A stretch of DNA of 20,000 bases. Origin: an uncultured virus (IMG/VR IMGVR_UViG_2663763475_000011) (taxonomy: Duplodnaviria; Heunggongvirae; Uroviricota; Caudoviricetes). Below the pieces are notes generated by a model. The model was given only the letters and a program-made list of their open reading frames with translations, made no database searches and had not been told where the DNA came from. Each line of letters opens with the position of its first letter. Within the stretch, counting starts at the first letter, position 1. Positions 7,557-14,701 of the stretch are shown piece by piece. The stretch lies in IMG/VR virus record IMGVR_UViG_2663763475_000011; one strand, given 5' to 3'. Position numbers and translations under genes: made by a program.

Positions 7557-8416
7557 TGAACCGCCTGCACTTCTGCAGACCAGCCAGCGCCTGCCGCCGG
7601 ATCAACGCCGACAAATACTGCGCTCTCCTGTGGACAGCGCACGGCGATGATTTCCGAGGCGCGCTTGCTCTCACCGGCGGCAACGCCAACCGAGCGGGCT
7701 ACGCTGATTTTGGTGATGTCGAAAGCGCGAAGAATGCTGCGGGTGTAGAGGGTGTCGCTGTTTGAAATGACAACCGGGCAGCGCTCAGAGACGTCCATCA
7801 GGATGCTGACCAGATCGTGATGCTCATCTTTGTCAAAGCCCGCTGAGTGATAGTCCGAAAACGTCCCGTCATATGGCGGATCGCAGTACACCACGTCGCC
7901 AGCTTTAGTCAGGCGCAGCGTCTCGCGGAAATCGGCGCAGATAAACGTCGTACGCTGCGCCTTTTCCGCGAATGCCTCAATTTCTGCCAGCGGGAAATAG
8001 GGTTTTGAGTAATTACCAAAAGGGATATTGAACTCGCCGCGACGGTTATAGCGACAAAGGCCGCGATAGCCGTTGCGGTTCAGGTACAGGAAATGCGCGG
8101 CGCGCTCCAGCAGGGGTAACGCCGGGTTATGGTTGAACGCCTCACGGACAGAATAATAACTTTCGCCTGTGGTGTTCTGATTGAACAGGCTGGCCGCCAC
8201 AACGATAAAGGGGCGGGTGTGCTCCTTTATCTGGCGGTACATGTTGATCAGGTCGGGGTTAATATCCGCTACCAGATAGGAAGGGTAATCGGTGCTCATC
8301 ATCACCGCGCAGGAACCTGCGAAGGGTTCGACCAGGCGATCACCTGCTGGCAGGTGCGCCAGCAGCTCCGGCATTACGCGGGACTTGCTGCCCGCCCATT
8401 TCAGAATGGTGCTCAT
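7553..8416 (-). CDS. dam: DNA adenine methyltransferase (Dam-like)
   Basis: LKWAGSK, EPFAGS, FLYLNR, YCDPPY motifs; ATGA overlaps with neighbours on both sides. Confidence 0.93.
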   Translation of the reverse strand: MSTILKWAGSKSRVMPELLAHLPAGDRLVEPFAGSCAVMMSTDYPSYLVADINPDLINMYRQIKEHTRPFIVVAASLFNQNTTGESYYSVREAFNHNPALPLLERAAHFLYLNRNGYRGLCRYNRRGEFNIPFGNYSKPYFPLAEIEAFAEKAQRTTFICADFRETLRLTKAGDVVYCDPPYDGTFSDYHSAGFDKDEHHDLVSILMDVSERCPVVISNSDTLYTRSILRAFDITKISVARSVGVAAGESKRASEIIAVRCPQESAVFVGVDPAAGAGWSAEVQAVQ

Positions 8417-8640
8417 GCCGCACCGCCTTTTGAAACTTTCGCGTACCGCTCAGCCATGTCCTGACAGCTGACACAACGAGTCACGCCACGCACGGCGCGG
8501 CGGCGCTGTTCCGGGATCGGTGCGTCGCAGTCTTCGCAGAATGAAGCCGCAACGCTGATCGGGCGATTAACCACGCTGGCGATGTTGCGCGCCAGCAGCT
8601 CATCGGCGCGCTGCTGCGCCATGTCCATTGAGTCAGCCAT
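8413..8640 (-). CDS. TraR/DksA-family C4 zinc-finger protein
   Basis: N-terminal DSMDMA (DxxDxA); CEDC...IPEQRR...CVSC. Confidence 0.9.
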   Translation of the reverse strand: MADSMDMAQQRADELLARNIASVVNRPISVAASFCEDCDAPIPEQRRRAVRGVTRCVSCQDMAERYAKVSKGGAA

Positions 8641-8870
8641 TAGCGCACCGCCTCACGAGCTTCGTTCTCATAGCGCTCTGCTTCAGCGCGGATTAACTCA
8701 ATAGCCTCAAAGCGACTCGAAGATTTACGCTCAATCTGATCGGCCAGCGCAACCAGGCGGCGCGCTACGAGCAATCCACGCTCTGCGCGCTCTTCCAAAC
8801 GCGCAGCAGTGAGAAGCGTTGTCAGCTGCTCAACGTCAGCGTTAAAGGTTTTAATTTCGATATTTCGCAT
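8640..8870 (-). CDS. Conserved P2/186-type early protein (DUF2732-like)
   Basis: MRNIE...LLTAARLEER...AIELIRAEAE; syntenic position before the zinc-finger gene. Confidence 0.75.
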   Translation of the reverse strand: MRNIEIKTFNADVEQLTTLLTAARLEERAERGLLVARRLVALADQIERKSSSRFEAIELIRAEAERYENEAREAVR

Positions 8871-8939
8871 TTCACTTTCTCCAGAATTTGGGCAAAAGAA
8901 TGCCCGGCGGGTTTACGCCATTTATTTGCTTGGGGTTAA

Positions 8940-9281
8940 TTAATTAGGCAGAGCCATTCGCTTCGGAAATAAACTCACGACTGCTTTTAGATGATTCATT
9001 GCACGAATAAGCGCCGCTCTTTCATCAGTAGTCAGTTCACTAAATTCAGCGGCGTGCCTGTCCTTACCGATGCCAGCCAGGAAGAAAATCGCGCTCAGCG
9101 CGCGTTTGTTGTCCTGGTAATTACTGTCTGTCACATCGCGCATTTCAGAGAAAAAACGGGTCATATCTTTTTCACAGTTGCCGCCCATCAGCTGCGCGCG
9201 GATTAAGGCAACGTGATTCAGCGCCGAAACCCGTTGGCCGGCAGAAAGCTCAACCAGCATTGAATCGCCCTCGATAGCCAT
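8940..9281 (-). CDS. Conserved early protein (DUF5347-like)
   Basis: MAIEG..., NKRALSAIFFLAGI, ALIRAMN; syntenic position in the early operon. Confidence 0.7.
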   Translation of the reverse strand: MAIEGDSMLVELSAGQRVSALNHVALIRAQLMGGNCEKDMTRFFSEMRDVTDSNYQDNKRALSAIFFLAGIGKDRHAAEFSELTTDERAALIRAMNHLKAVVSLFPKRMALPN

Positions 9282-9421
9282 GCTTTACCTCTTTGCTCTT
9301 TTACCTGTACCTGCTGGCTCAGTACCGGATGCCAGCGCTTGCCGTTCTCGCCCATAATCCAGCCATGCCCGTATGACATTGACGGACTCTGACGCTTGAG
9401 GCGTGCCGCAAATGAAATCAT
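9218..9421 (-). CDS. Fil-like early protein (DUF2724-like)
   Basis: LKRQSPSMSYGHGWIMGENGKRWHP motif; directly after cII as in 186. Confidence 0.7.
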   Translation of the reverse strand: MISFAARLKRQSPSMSYGHGWIMGENGKRWHPVLSQQVQVKEQRGKAWLSRAIQCWLSFLPANGFRR

Positions 9422-9430
9422 CGTGCGCCC

Positions 9431-9940
9431 TCAGCTGATGCCAATCGAAGCACCCAGCCCGCTGATAGCGTCAACGGTTGAGGCTAAAGTAGGGTTAGAG
9501 TGAACGCGGTTCTGCACGGCCAGCGCGGCCAGCATCATGCAGCGGATCCCGGTATTGGCAGCTTCAAGAATGCCGCGACGACAGGTTGCCGTAATACGCT
9601 CCGGGTTCACGGCGTTAGCGGCCATATGCCCGACTTCGGCGGTTGCCTTCAGCACGTACGTCGGAAACTTCTCTTTTGCTAGCTCGTTAACCGGCACGCA
9701 CGGCAGACACTGCAGCTGCGCCAGCATTCCGTCCATAATGGTGGCGTCCTCTGTCAGATCGGTAAGCAACAGCACTTCTGGAACGGTCAGCTGATGCACC
9801 TGCTCCGGGTTCAGCTTGTTGCGCAGGGTCTGCACTTTCATACCTGCCCGCTGCGCCAGCTCCGTCATGTTGTGCGTAAGCGCAAACTTGCGGCAGGCAT
9901 CGTCGTAATCGGTATGTGTGGAAACACGAAAATCAAACAT
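9431..9940 (-). CDS. cII: CII lysogeny-establishment activator (186-type)
   Basis: 169 aa; MFDFRVSTH...LRNKLNPEQVHQLT...LQCLPCVPVNE. Confidence 0.92.
   Translation of the reverse strand: MFDFRVSTHTDYDDACRKFALTHNMTELAQRAGMKVQTLRNKLNPEQVHQLTVPEVLLLTDLTEDATIMDGMLAQLQCLPCVPVNELAKEKFPTYVLKATAEVGHMAANAVNPERITATCRRGILEAANTGIRCMMLAALAVQNRVHSNPTLASTVDAISGLGASIGIS
9914..9940 (+). promoter_or_regulatory. CII operator of pE
   Basis: ATGTGTG-N13-CAAACAT inverted repeat overlapping the cII start, matching the 186 CII-site geometry. Confidence 0.7.
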
Positions 9941-9974
9941 GATTATTCCCTTTCGTTATCCCAGTATGGGTCCG

Positions 9975-10211
9975 TCAAGCCTGAACTGTGATGTGATAGC
10001 CAGACGCGGCCTCTACGATTAACGCAAGCATGTTGACTTCAATCAGGCCGTTTGCGCCTTCTTTCTTTCTGATTGGTAAGCGGTTTTCTTGGTACATCTT
10101 ACGAGCAGTACGCTTGCAGATGCCGGTGCGTCGGCAGTACTCATCCAGAGAGATGAAGGGCTCAGAAATCACAAAGTTGAGATTTGGTCGCATTGAAAAA
10201 TCACGCTTCAT
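9975..10211 (-). CDS. Apl/Cox-like excisionase and repressor
   Basis: 78 aa with winged-HTH-like ISLDEYCRRTGICKRTARKM; divergent from cI and upstream of cII. Confidence 0.8.
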   Translation of the reverse strand: MKRDFSMRPNLNFVISEPFISLDEYCRRTGICKRTARKMYQENRLPIRKKEGANGLIEVNMLALIVEAASGYHITVQA

Positions 10212-10278
10212 AATGCAAGATTCCTTTTGGGTTTGGGATGTATCTATTTGTCACTATATGGCACAACTCACGAAACGA

Positions 10279-10307
10279 AATATAGGATCACAAAACGCCA
10301 ATGTCAA
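10279..10307 (-). promoter_or_regulatory. Lytic early promoter pR
   Basis: TTGACA (10307-10302), 17-bp spacer, TATATT (10284-10279), pointing at apl-cII. Confidence 0.8.
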
Positions 10308-10921
10308 CACACAACAACACTAAACGGAATGAATCAAACCTGGTTCGTGAATCCGTGGAAAGTAACAAAGGCGGTAAAGAGGTTATTTTTCGCATTGTTG
10401 AAGCCTATGGATTCAGCAGCAGACAGGCTTTATGCAACCATTTAGGCGTTTCACAAAGCACGCTTGCTAACCGCTCAGCACGCGATACATTTCCTGCTGA
10501 TTGGGTCATTATTTGTCATGTTGAGACTGGCGCATCGCTAACATGGCTTTCCACAGGCAAAGGCGTACCGTTTGAGGATGCCCCGAATTCACGAACAGTG
10601 ATTTTAGAAAGAAAGAAAATCTCAAATGGGATGCTTGAGGATGCAGGAGATTACCTTTTGGATGGTGAGCATCTACAAAGTGGATTGACGTCTCCATTTA
10701 TCGTAGAAGCAGATAGAAGCACCTACCTCGTAGATTCTTATGAAGGCGACATCGTAGACGGATTGTGGCTGATTGAATTTGATAAACTGGTTAGCATACG
10801 TGAGCTAGTACGCTTTCCAGGTGGCAGGGTTCGCGTCGAAAATGGCAAGGCTTCATTTGAATGCCAGGCAAATGAGATCAGAACCTTAGGCAAAGTCATT
10901 TCAAAAACTGAGTATCTCTAA
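10301..10921 (+). CDS. cI: 186-type CI immunity repressor
   Basis: RIVEAYGFSSRQALCNHLGVSQSTLANR HTH, DG.WL..D and LGKV C-terminal motifs; upstream of int. Alternative in-frame GTG start at 10355. Confidence 0.9.
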   Translation: MSTHNNTKRNESNLVRESVESNKGGKEVIFRIVEAYGFSSRQALCNHLGVSQSTLANRSARDTFPADWVIICHVETGASLTWLSTGKGVPFEDAPNSRTVILERKKISNGMLEDAGDYLLDGEHLQSGLTSPFIVEADRSTYLVDSYEGDIVDGLWLIEFDKLVSIRELVRFPGGRVRVENGKASFECQANEIRTLGKVISKTEYL

Positions 10922-10926
10922 GAACT

Positions 10927-11940
10927 ATGGCTGTCAGTAAACTAGCTAATGGAAAGTGGCAGGCGCAGTTTTTCCCTAACGGGCGAGACGGTAAACGTAT
11001 CCGCCGTCAGTTCGCCACAAAAGGCGAGGCGCTGTCATATGAGAAACACATTAAAGCACAAGCGCAAGATAAGCCTTGGCTTGGTGAGAAGACAGATAAA
11101 AGACGAGTATTTGATTTAGTTGAAACTTGGTACAACGCGCACGGCATAACACTATCAGACGGACAAAAGCGAAAAGATGCAATGGAGTTTGCCTGTAAAG
11201 CTATGGGTGATCCGCTTGCCACAGAGTTCAATGCGCGCGTCTTTTCAGCATACCGCGAGCAACGATTGTCAGGAAAAATTACCCGCTCAAACCGCGTTAA
11301 AACGGTAACGCCCAGAACGGTTAATCTTGAATTGGCATATTTTCGGGCTGTATTTAATGAGCTTCGCCGCTTAGATGAATGGACGGCACCTAATCCGTTA
11401 GACAATGTCAGAGAATATAAAATAGCCGAGTCAGAAATGGCCTATCTAACCAGTGAGGAAATAAGAGCATTGCTAAAAGAATGTGAGCAAAGCCGTTCTA
11501 AAGACTTGCTGGCAGTGGTGAAATTATGCCTGGCTACCGGCGCGCGCTGGGGTGAGGCTGAAACATTGAAAGGAAATCAAATACGAGCCGGTAAAGTTAT
11601 TTTCATTAAAACGAAGGGTAAGAAAAACCGCGCAGTTCCGATTAGTGATGCGTTGCTGGAAGAGCTTCCATCAAGCCGGAAGGCAAAGCCTCTCTTTTCA
11701 TCTTGCTATGCCGCCTTCCGCTCTGCATTAAAACGAGCAGAAATTGAAACGCCTGCGGGCCAATTAACTCACGTTTTACGCCATACCTTTGCATCACATT
11801 TTATGATGAACGGCGGAAACATTTTGGTGCTGCAACGCATCTTAGGGCATACGGATATTAAGGTAACAATGCGCTATGCCCACTTTGCTCCTGACCATCT
11901 TTCTGAGGCAATAAACCTCAACCCATTAAACGGGCTTTGA
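10927..11940 (+). CDS. int: Tyrosine integrase (P2/186 family)
   Basis: TGARWGE, HVLRHT, LGH, RYAH catalytic motifs; 337 aa. Confidence 0.97.
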   Translation: MAVSKLANGKWQAQFFPNGRDGKRIRRQFATKGEALSYEKHIKAQAQDKPWLGEKTDKRRVFDLVETWYNAHGITLSDGQKRKDAMEFACKAMGDPLATEFNARVFSAYREQRLSGKITRSNRVKTVTPRTVNLELAYFRAVFNELRRLDEWTAPNPLDNVREYKIAESEMAYLTSEEIRALLKECEQSRSKDLLAVVKLCLATGARWGEAETLKGNQIRAGKVIFIKTKGKKNRAVPISDALLEELPSSRKAKPLFSSCYAAFRSALKRAEIETPAGQLTHVLRHTFASHFMMNGGNILVLQRILGHTDIKVTMRYAHFAPDHLSEAINLNPLNGL

Positions 11941-12052
11941 TGGCAGCAAAATGGCAGCAGAGCATGTTACTATTTGTCATTAACTGCCACTATATGGCAG
12001 ACTAATAAAATTAAAAATCAGTAACTTACTGTTTTTTCTGAAAACATTTTCG

Positions 12053-12099
12053 GACTCATAATCGCTTGGTCGCTGGTTCAAACCCAGCAGGGGCCACCA
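12053..12099 (+). other. att core: 3' 47 nt of tRNA-Ile2(CAU), ileX/ileY-like; not a complete tRNA
   Basis: GACTCATAATCGCTTGGTCGCTGGTTCAAACCCAGCAGGGGCCACCA covers the CAT anticodon loop, T arm and CCA; the 5' half and D arm are absent upstream. Confidence 0.9.
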
Positions 12100-12125
12100 A
12101 ATTTACCCAATAAAATCATATGCTT

Positions 12126-12151
12126 AAGCCGCTCACCGAAGCGGTTTTTTT
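12126..12151 (+). terminator. Intrinsic terminator downstream of the tRNA fragment
   Basis: CCGCT-CACCGA-AGCGG followed by T7. Confidence 0.7.
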
Positions 12152-12257
12152 GTATCTGGCTTTTCGAGTGGCGGTAAAGTGGCGGTGCATTTTCACCGCC
12201 ACTGACGCCCCCCCAACAGATTCGCCAGGCAAACTCACCTCAAAAGGACGTTTGATA

Positions 12258-12665
12258 ATGCGATTACATATAGCTCTGCTCAGCACTTCATTATTATTTT
12301 CTTCGGTCGTTGCGGCTCAATCATCAGACGTCACTACACTGCAAAATAAGCTAAAACCCTGGCAACCTTTGGAAGTTAATCTTAAGCAGGATCAGATCAC
12401 GGTCGTGTTACCCGCCGCATCCGTCAATGATCAAACCTATAATGCAATAATCTCCAGTGGCGTATGCTCACCTATCTGGACAAAAGGCGTACCTGCTGGC
12501 TACCTCAAAAAAATCAAATTAATCAACGTCACCAATAAATTCAAAGCTAGCGGATATTCCTTTGAAAACCCGCTATCGACGTGCGATGAAATGGGTAAAT
12601 TGATGGATGAGCCCGCTACGGTAGTAATGCTAGGCAATACCCACACTTACAAGGGTGGCGAATAG
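12258..12665 (+). CDS. Secreted/periplasmic hypothetical protein (moron)
   Basis: AAGGA RBS then MRLHIALLSTSLLFSSVVAA|QS, a Sec-type signal peptide; 135 aa with two Cys. The longer ORF call from 12120 runs through the terminator and att arm. Confidence 0.75.
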   Translation: MRLHIALLSTSLLFSSVVAAQSSDVTTLQNKLKPWQPLEVNLKQDQITVVLPAASVNDQTYNAIISSGVCSPIWTKGVPAGYLKKIKLINVTNKFKASGYSFENPLSTCDEMGKLMDEPATVVMLGNTHTYKGGE

Positions 12666-12672
12666 CACAAAC

Positions 12673-12700
12673 AAAAAACCCCGTCAGTGCGGGGTTTTTT
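12673..12700. terminator. Bidirectional intrinsic terminator between moron and ogr
   Basis: AAAAAACCCCG-TCAGTG-CGGGGTTTTTT. Confidence 0.85.
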
Positions 12701-12714
12701 ATCGGCATTGCATT

Positions 12715-12933
12715 TTAGTGCAGTAATGATGGCTGATATTCGTGCTTAGTATGCAAGGGCACGGGATTAATCTGCCCTGGCGTTACAATAATCACTGCCA
12801 GCGTTTCATGCGTTTTGAAAGAACAACTGCAGTTGATATTCTGGCACTGGTGATAGCGTTCTTTTGTCTCTTTAGAAATATAACGGCTGCTTTTAGCGTG
12901 TGCGGCGGTCTGGCAAAGCGGACAATGCATCAT
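12715..12933 (-). CDS. ogr: Late transcription activator, Ogr/Delta (186 B-like) zinc finger
   Basis: MMHCPLC...ERYHQCQNINCSCSF. Confidence 0.94.
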   Translation of the reverse strand: MMHCPLCQTAAHAKSSRYISKETKERYHQCQNINCSCSFKTHETLAVIIVTPGQINPVPLHTKHEYQPSLLH

Positions 12934-12962
12934 TGGTGGCGTCTCCCTGTAAGCTCGTAGCT

Positions 12963-12991
12963 TTAATACTCCAAATCCCCAAAATGAGCAA
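12963..12991 (-). promoter_or_regulatory. Candidate ogr promoter
   Basis: TTGCTC-N17-TATTAA upstream of the ogr RBS (GGGAG). Confidence 0.4.
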
Positions 12992-13001
12992 CAACTTTCA
13001 C

Positions 13002-14174
13002 TTATTGTGAATCATCTTCGTCTGATTCTGCCTGATACTCGACGTCTGACAACAGAACTTCAAAATCCAGCTGCGTGGTATAGCCGCTGCTGCTAAGGCT
13101 ATGCGTTACCTTGCTGATGAGCCACGGCTGCGCATCGATCACCGACTTGAAGCCGCTGACTTTGACCGGCGTTTCCGGGTACAGGTCAGCGCGCCCCATC
13201 GCGAGCGTGAGCGAAAACTCCGCAACGCCGCGCTGCAGCTTATCCCATTTTGCCTTAGCTGCCCGCATTGCTGCTGCCTTTGTCGCGTAAACAGTCGTCA
13301 GCGTGAATACGTTGTCTTCAGTTCCCGCCAGGTAATCCCCCTCCCTGGCCTCCGGCGTTTTGGCCTCGGCCGCCTTTTTCTTCTTTGCCGCCGGGTGCTC
13401 CAGCGCACGCAGGTGCTTTATCTTCGGCTTGCGCTTTATCTTTACCTTTTTTGGCTTTGGGTCTTTGGTATGCAGCCAGCTCGCCGAGACGCCGGTATAG
13501 GCGCCACGGTCTGCGATACTGAAGCTGTGCCGGTCGCCATCCTGCCGCGTGATAGTCATCTGCGGGATGGGCTTGCCGCTGATAGTGACGCCGTTACCCG
13601 GCCGGATGAACAACAGACGCCCAGCCTTTACCGCCGCTACCGCGCCGTAAAGCGTGGCGAGGCGCGTCAGGAATTTCGCGTCGGTCTCCTGCGTCTGGTC
13701 GATGTGCGCCACGGAGATCCCGGCGAAACCGTCGGCCAGCATTGGCTTAAGCTTATTCCGCTCGGCTATCTGCGTCACGATCTCGCCCAGGGTTGTATCG
13801 TGATAGGACACTTCCCGGCGGGAATTGAGCGTGCCGCGAAAATCCGCGCTACGGGCGCGAATAGTCATGGTATCCGGCGCGCCGTGGTGCTCAACCTCAT
13901 CAACGGTAAAATCACCTTTACCGAAAAGCGTTTGCCCCTTCCAGCCGAGGAACAGCTTTATTACTGCGCCGCGCACCGGCATAGCCAGCTGTCCGTCGGC
14001 GTCATCCAGCTCAATATCCAACTGGTCAGCCTCAAAGCCGCGGTTGTCGGTCAGCGTCATCGAGATAAGCCGATCCCTAATATTGGTCGTAACGTCCTTA
14101 GAGTTAACCGTCAGCATAAAATCAGGCGTAAGTCGCGCTCCGGCCTGCACTGGCAGGCTGCTTATTCCGATCAT
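13002..14174 (-). CDS. D: Tail/baseplate hub protein, P2 gpD (late control D family)
   Basis: LTDNRGFEADQL, HIDQTQETD, GRADLYPE motifs. Confidence 0.93.
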   Translation of the reverse strand: MIGISSLPVQAGARLTPDFMLTVNSKDVTTNIRDRLISMTLTDNRGFEADQLDIELDDADGQLAMPVRGAVIKLFLGWKGQTLFGKGDFTVDEVEHHGAPDTMTIRARSADFRGTLNSRREVSYHDTTLGEIVTQIAERNKLKPMLADGFAGISVAHIDQTQETDAKFLTRLATLYGAVAAVKAGRLLFIRPGNGVTISGKPIPQMTITRQDGDRHSFSIADRGAYTGVSASWLHTKDPKPKKVKIKRKPKIKHLRALEHPAAKKKKAAEAKTPEAREGDYLAGTEDNVFTLTTVYATKAAAMRAAKAKWDKLQRGVAEFSLTLAMGRADLYPETPVKVSGFKSVIDAQPWLISKVTHSLSSSGYTTQLDFEVLLSDVEYQAESDEDDSQ

Positions 14175-14698
14175 CCGAGTAGCCCTCCCGCTGAGGAAAC
14201 CAGATTCCCGGCCGCCGATTTCACGCTGTCGATGGCTGACGTAAGCTGCCCTGGCAGATTACCGGCGCCACTGATAAGCCCGTCGGCCTGCTTTTTCAGG
14301 TCGCCAAACATTGACGTCAGAGACTCATCAACGCGCTTGAGGTTCAGCGTGAACATGATTTTACTGGCCGTCCCGTTAGGGAAAAACTCGCTGAAAGAGT
14401 TGGAAATGCTCTCGATCACATACATGCCGTAAATCATGCCGCTGCCGCCAATCAGCGGCCACGCCATCCCTTCGTCGGCAAGCAGGCGAATAGTCGTCAG
14501 CGACACAGCCCCGCCGGTAATCTCTGGTCGCAACTCCCCGGACAGCGTGATTTTCTCGTCGCCGGGCCCAATAAACTGCGCGGCCGGCCGCTGCCCGAAT
14601 CGGCTGTTAGTCGGCCAGCGGTAATCGATATTCTGCTGCAGATCCCCGTAAGGCAGGGTCTGGCGCATAAACGGCAGCATGCCATAAATCATCATCAT
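14171..14698 (-). CDS. U: Tail protein, P2 gpU
   Basis: QFIGPGDEKITLSG, G.IYGMYVIESI, LKRVDE motifs; between T and D. Confidence 0.9.
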   Translation of the reverse strand: MMMIYGMLPFMRQTLPYGDLQQNIDYRWPTNSRFGQRPAAQFIGPGDEKITLSGELRPEITGGAVSLTTIRLLADEGMAWPLIGGSGMIYGMYVIESISNSFSEFFPNGTASKIMFTLNLKRVDESLTSMFGDLKKQADGLISGAGNLPGQLTSAIDSVKSAAGNLVSSAGGLLG

Positions 14699-14701
14699 CG
14701 T

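Larger units (their letters stand above)
11941..12203. mobile_element. attP: attP-like region: arm repeats, IHF sites and core
   Basis: Arm-type repeats TGGCAGCAAAATGGCAGC (11941-11958) and TGGCGGTAAAGTGGCGGT...ACCGCCA (12169-12201); IHF consensus AATCAGTAACTTA (12016-12028) and near-match at 12114-12126 flank the core. Confidence 0.8.

Noticed and set aside
12053..12099. Complete tRNA-Met/Ile gene
   Set aside because: Only the anticodon-to-CCA part is present; upstream sequence cannot form the D arm or the 5' acceptor strand.
12120..12257. N-terminal extension of the moron ORF
   Set aside because: Overlaps the terminator and att arm; RBS and signal peptide indicate a start at 12258.
13375..13470. 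Lys-rich low-complexity stretch in gpD
   Set aside because: In frame; looks like a variable basic loop, not a separate repeat element.
13101..14432. 443-aa plus-strand ORF, and other long plus-strand ORFs over T, FII and FI
   Set aside because: Antisense to well-supported tail genes; expected from GC-rich codon usage.
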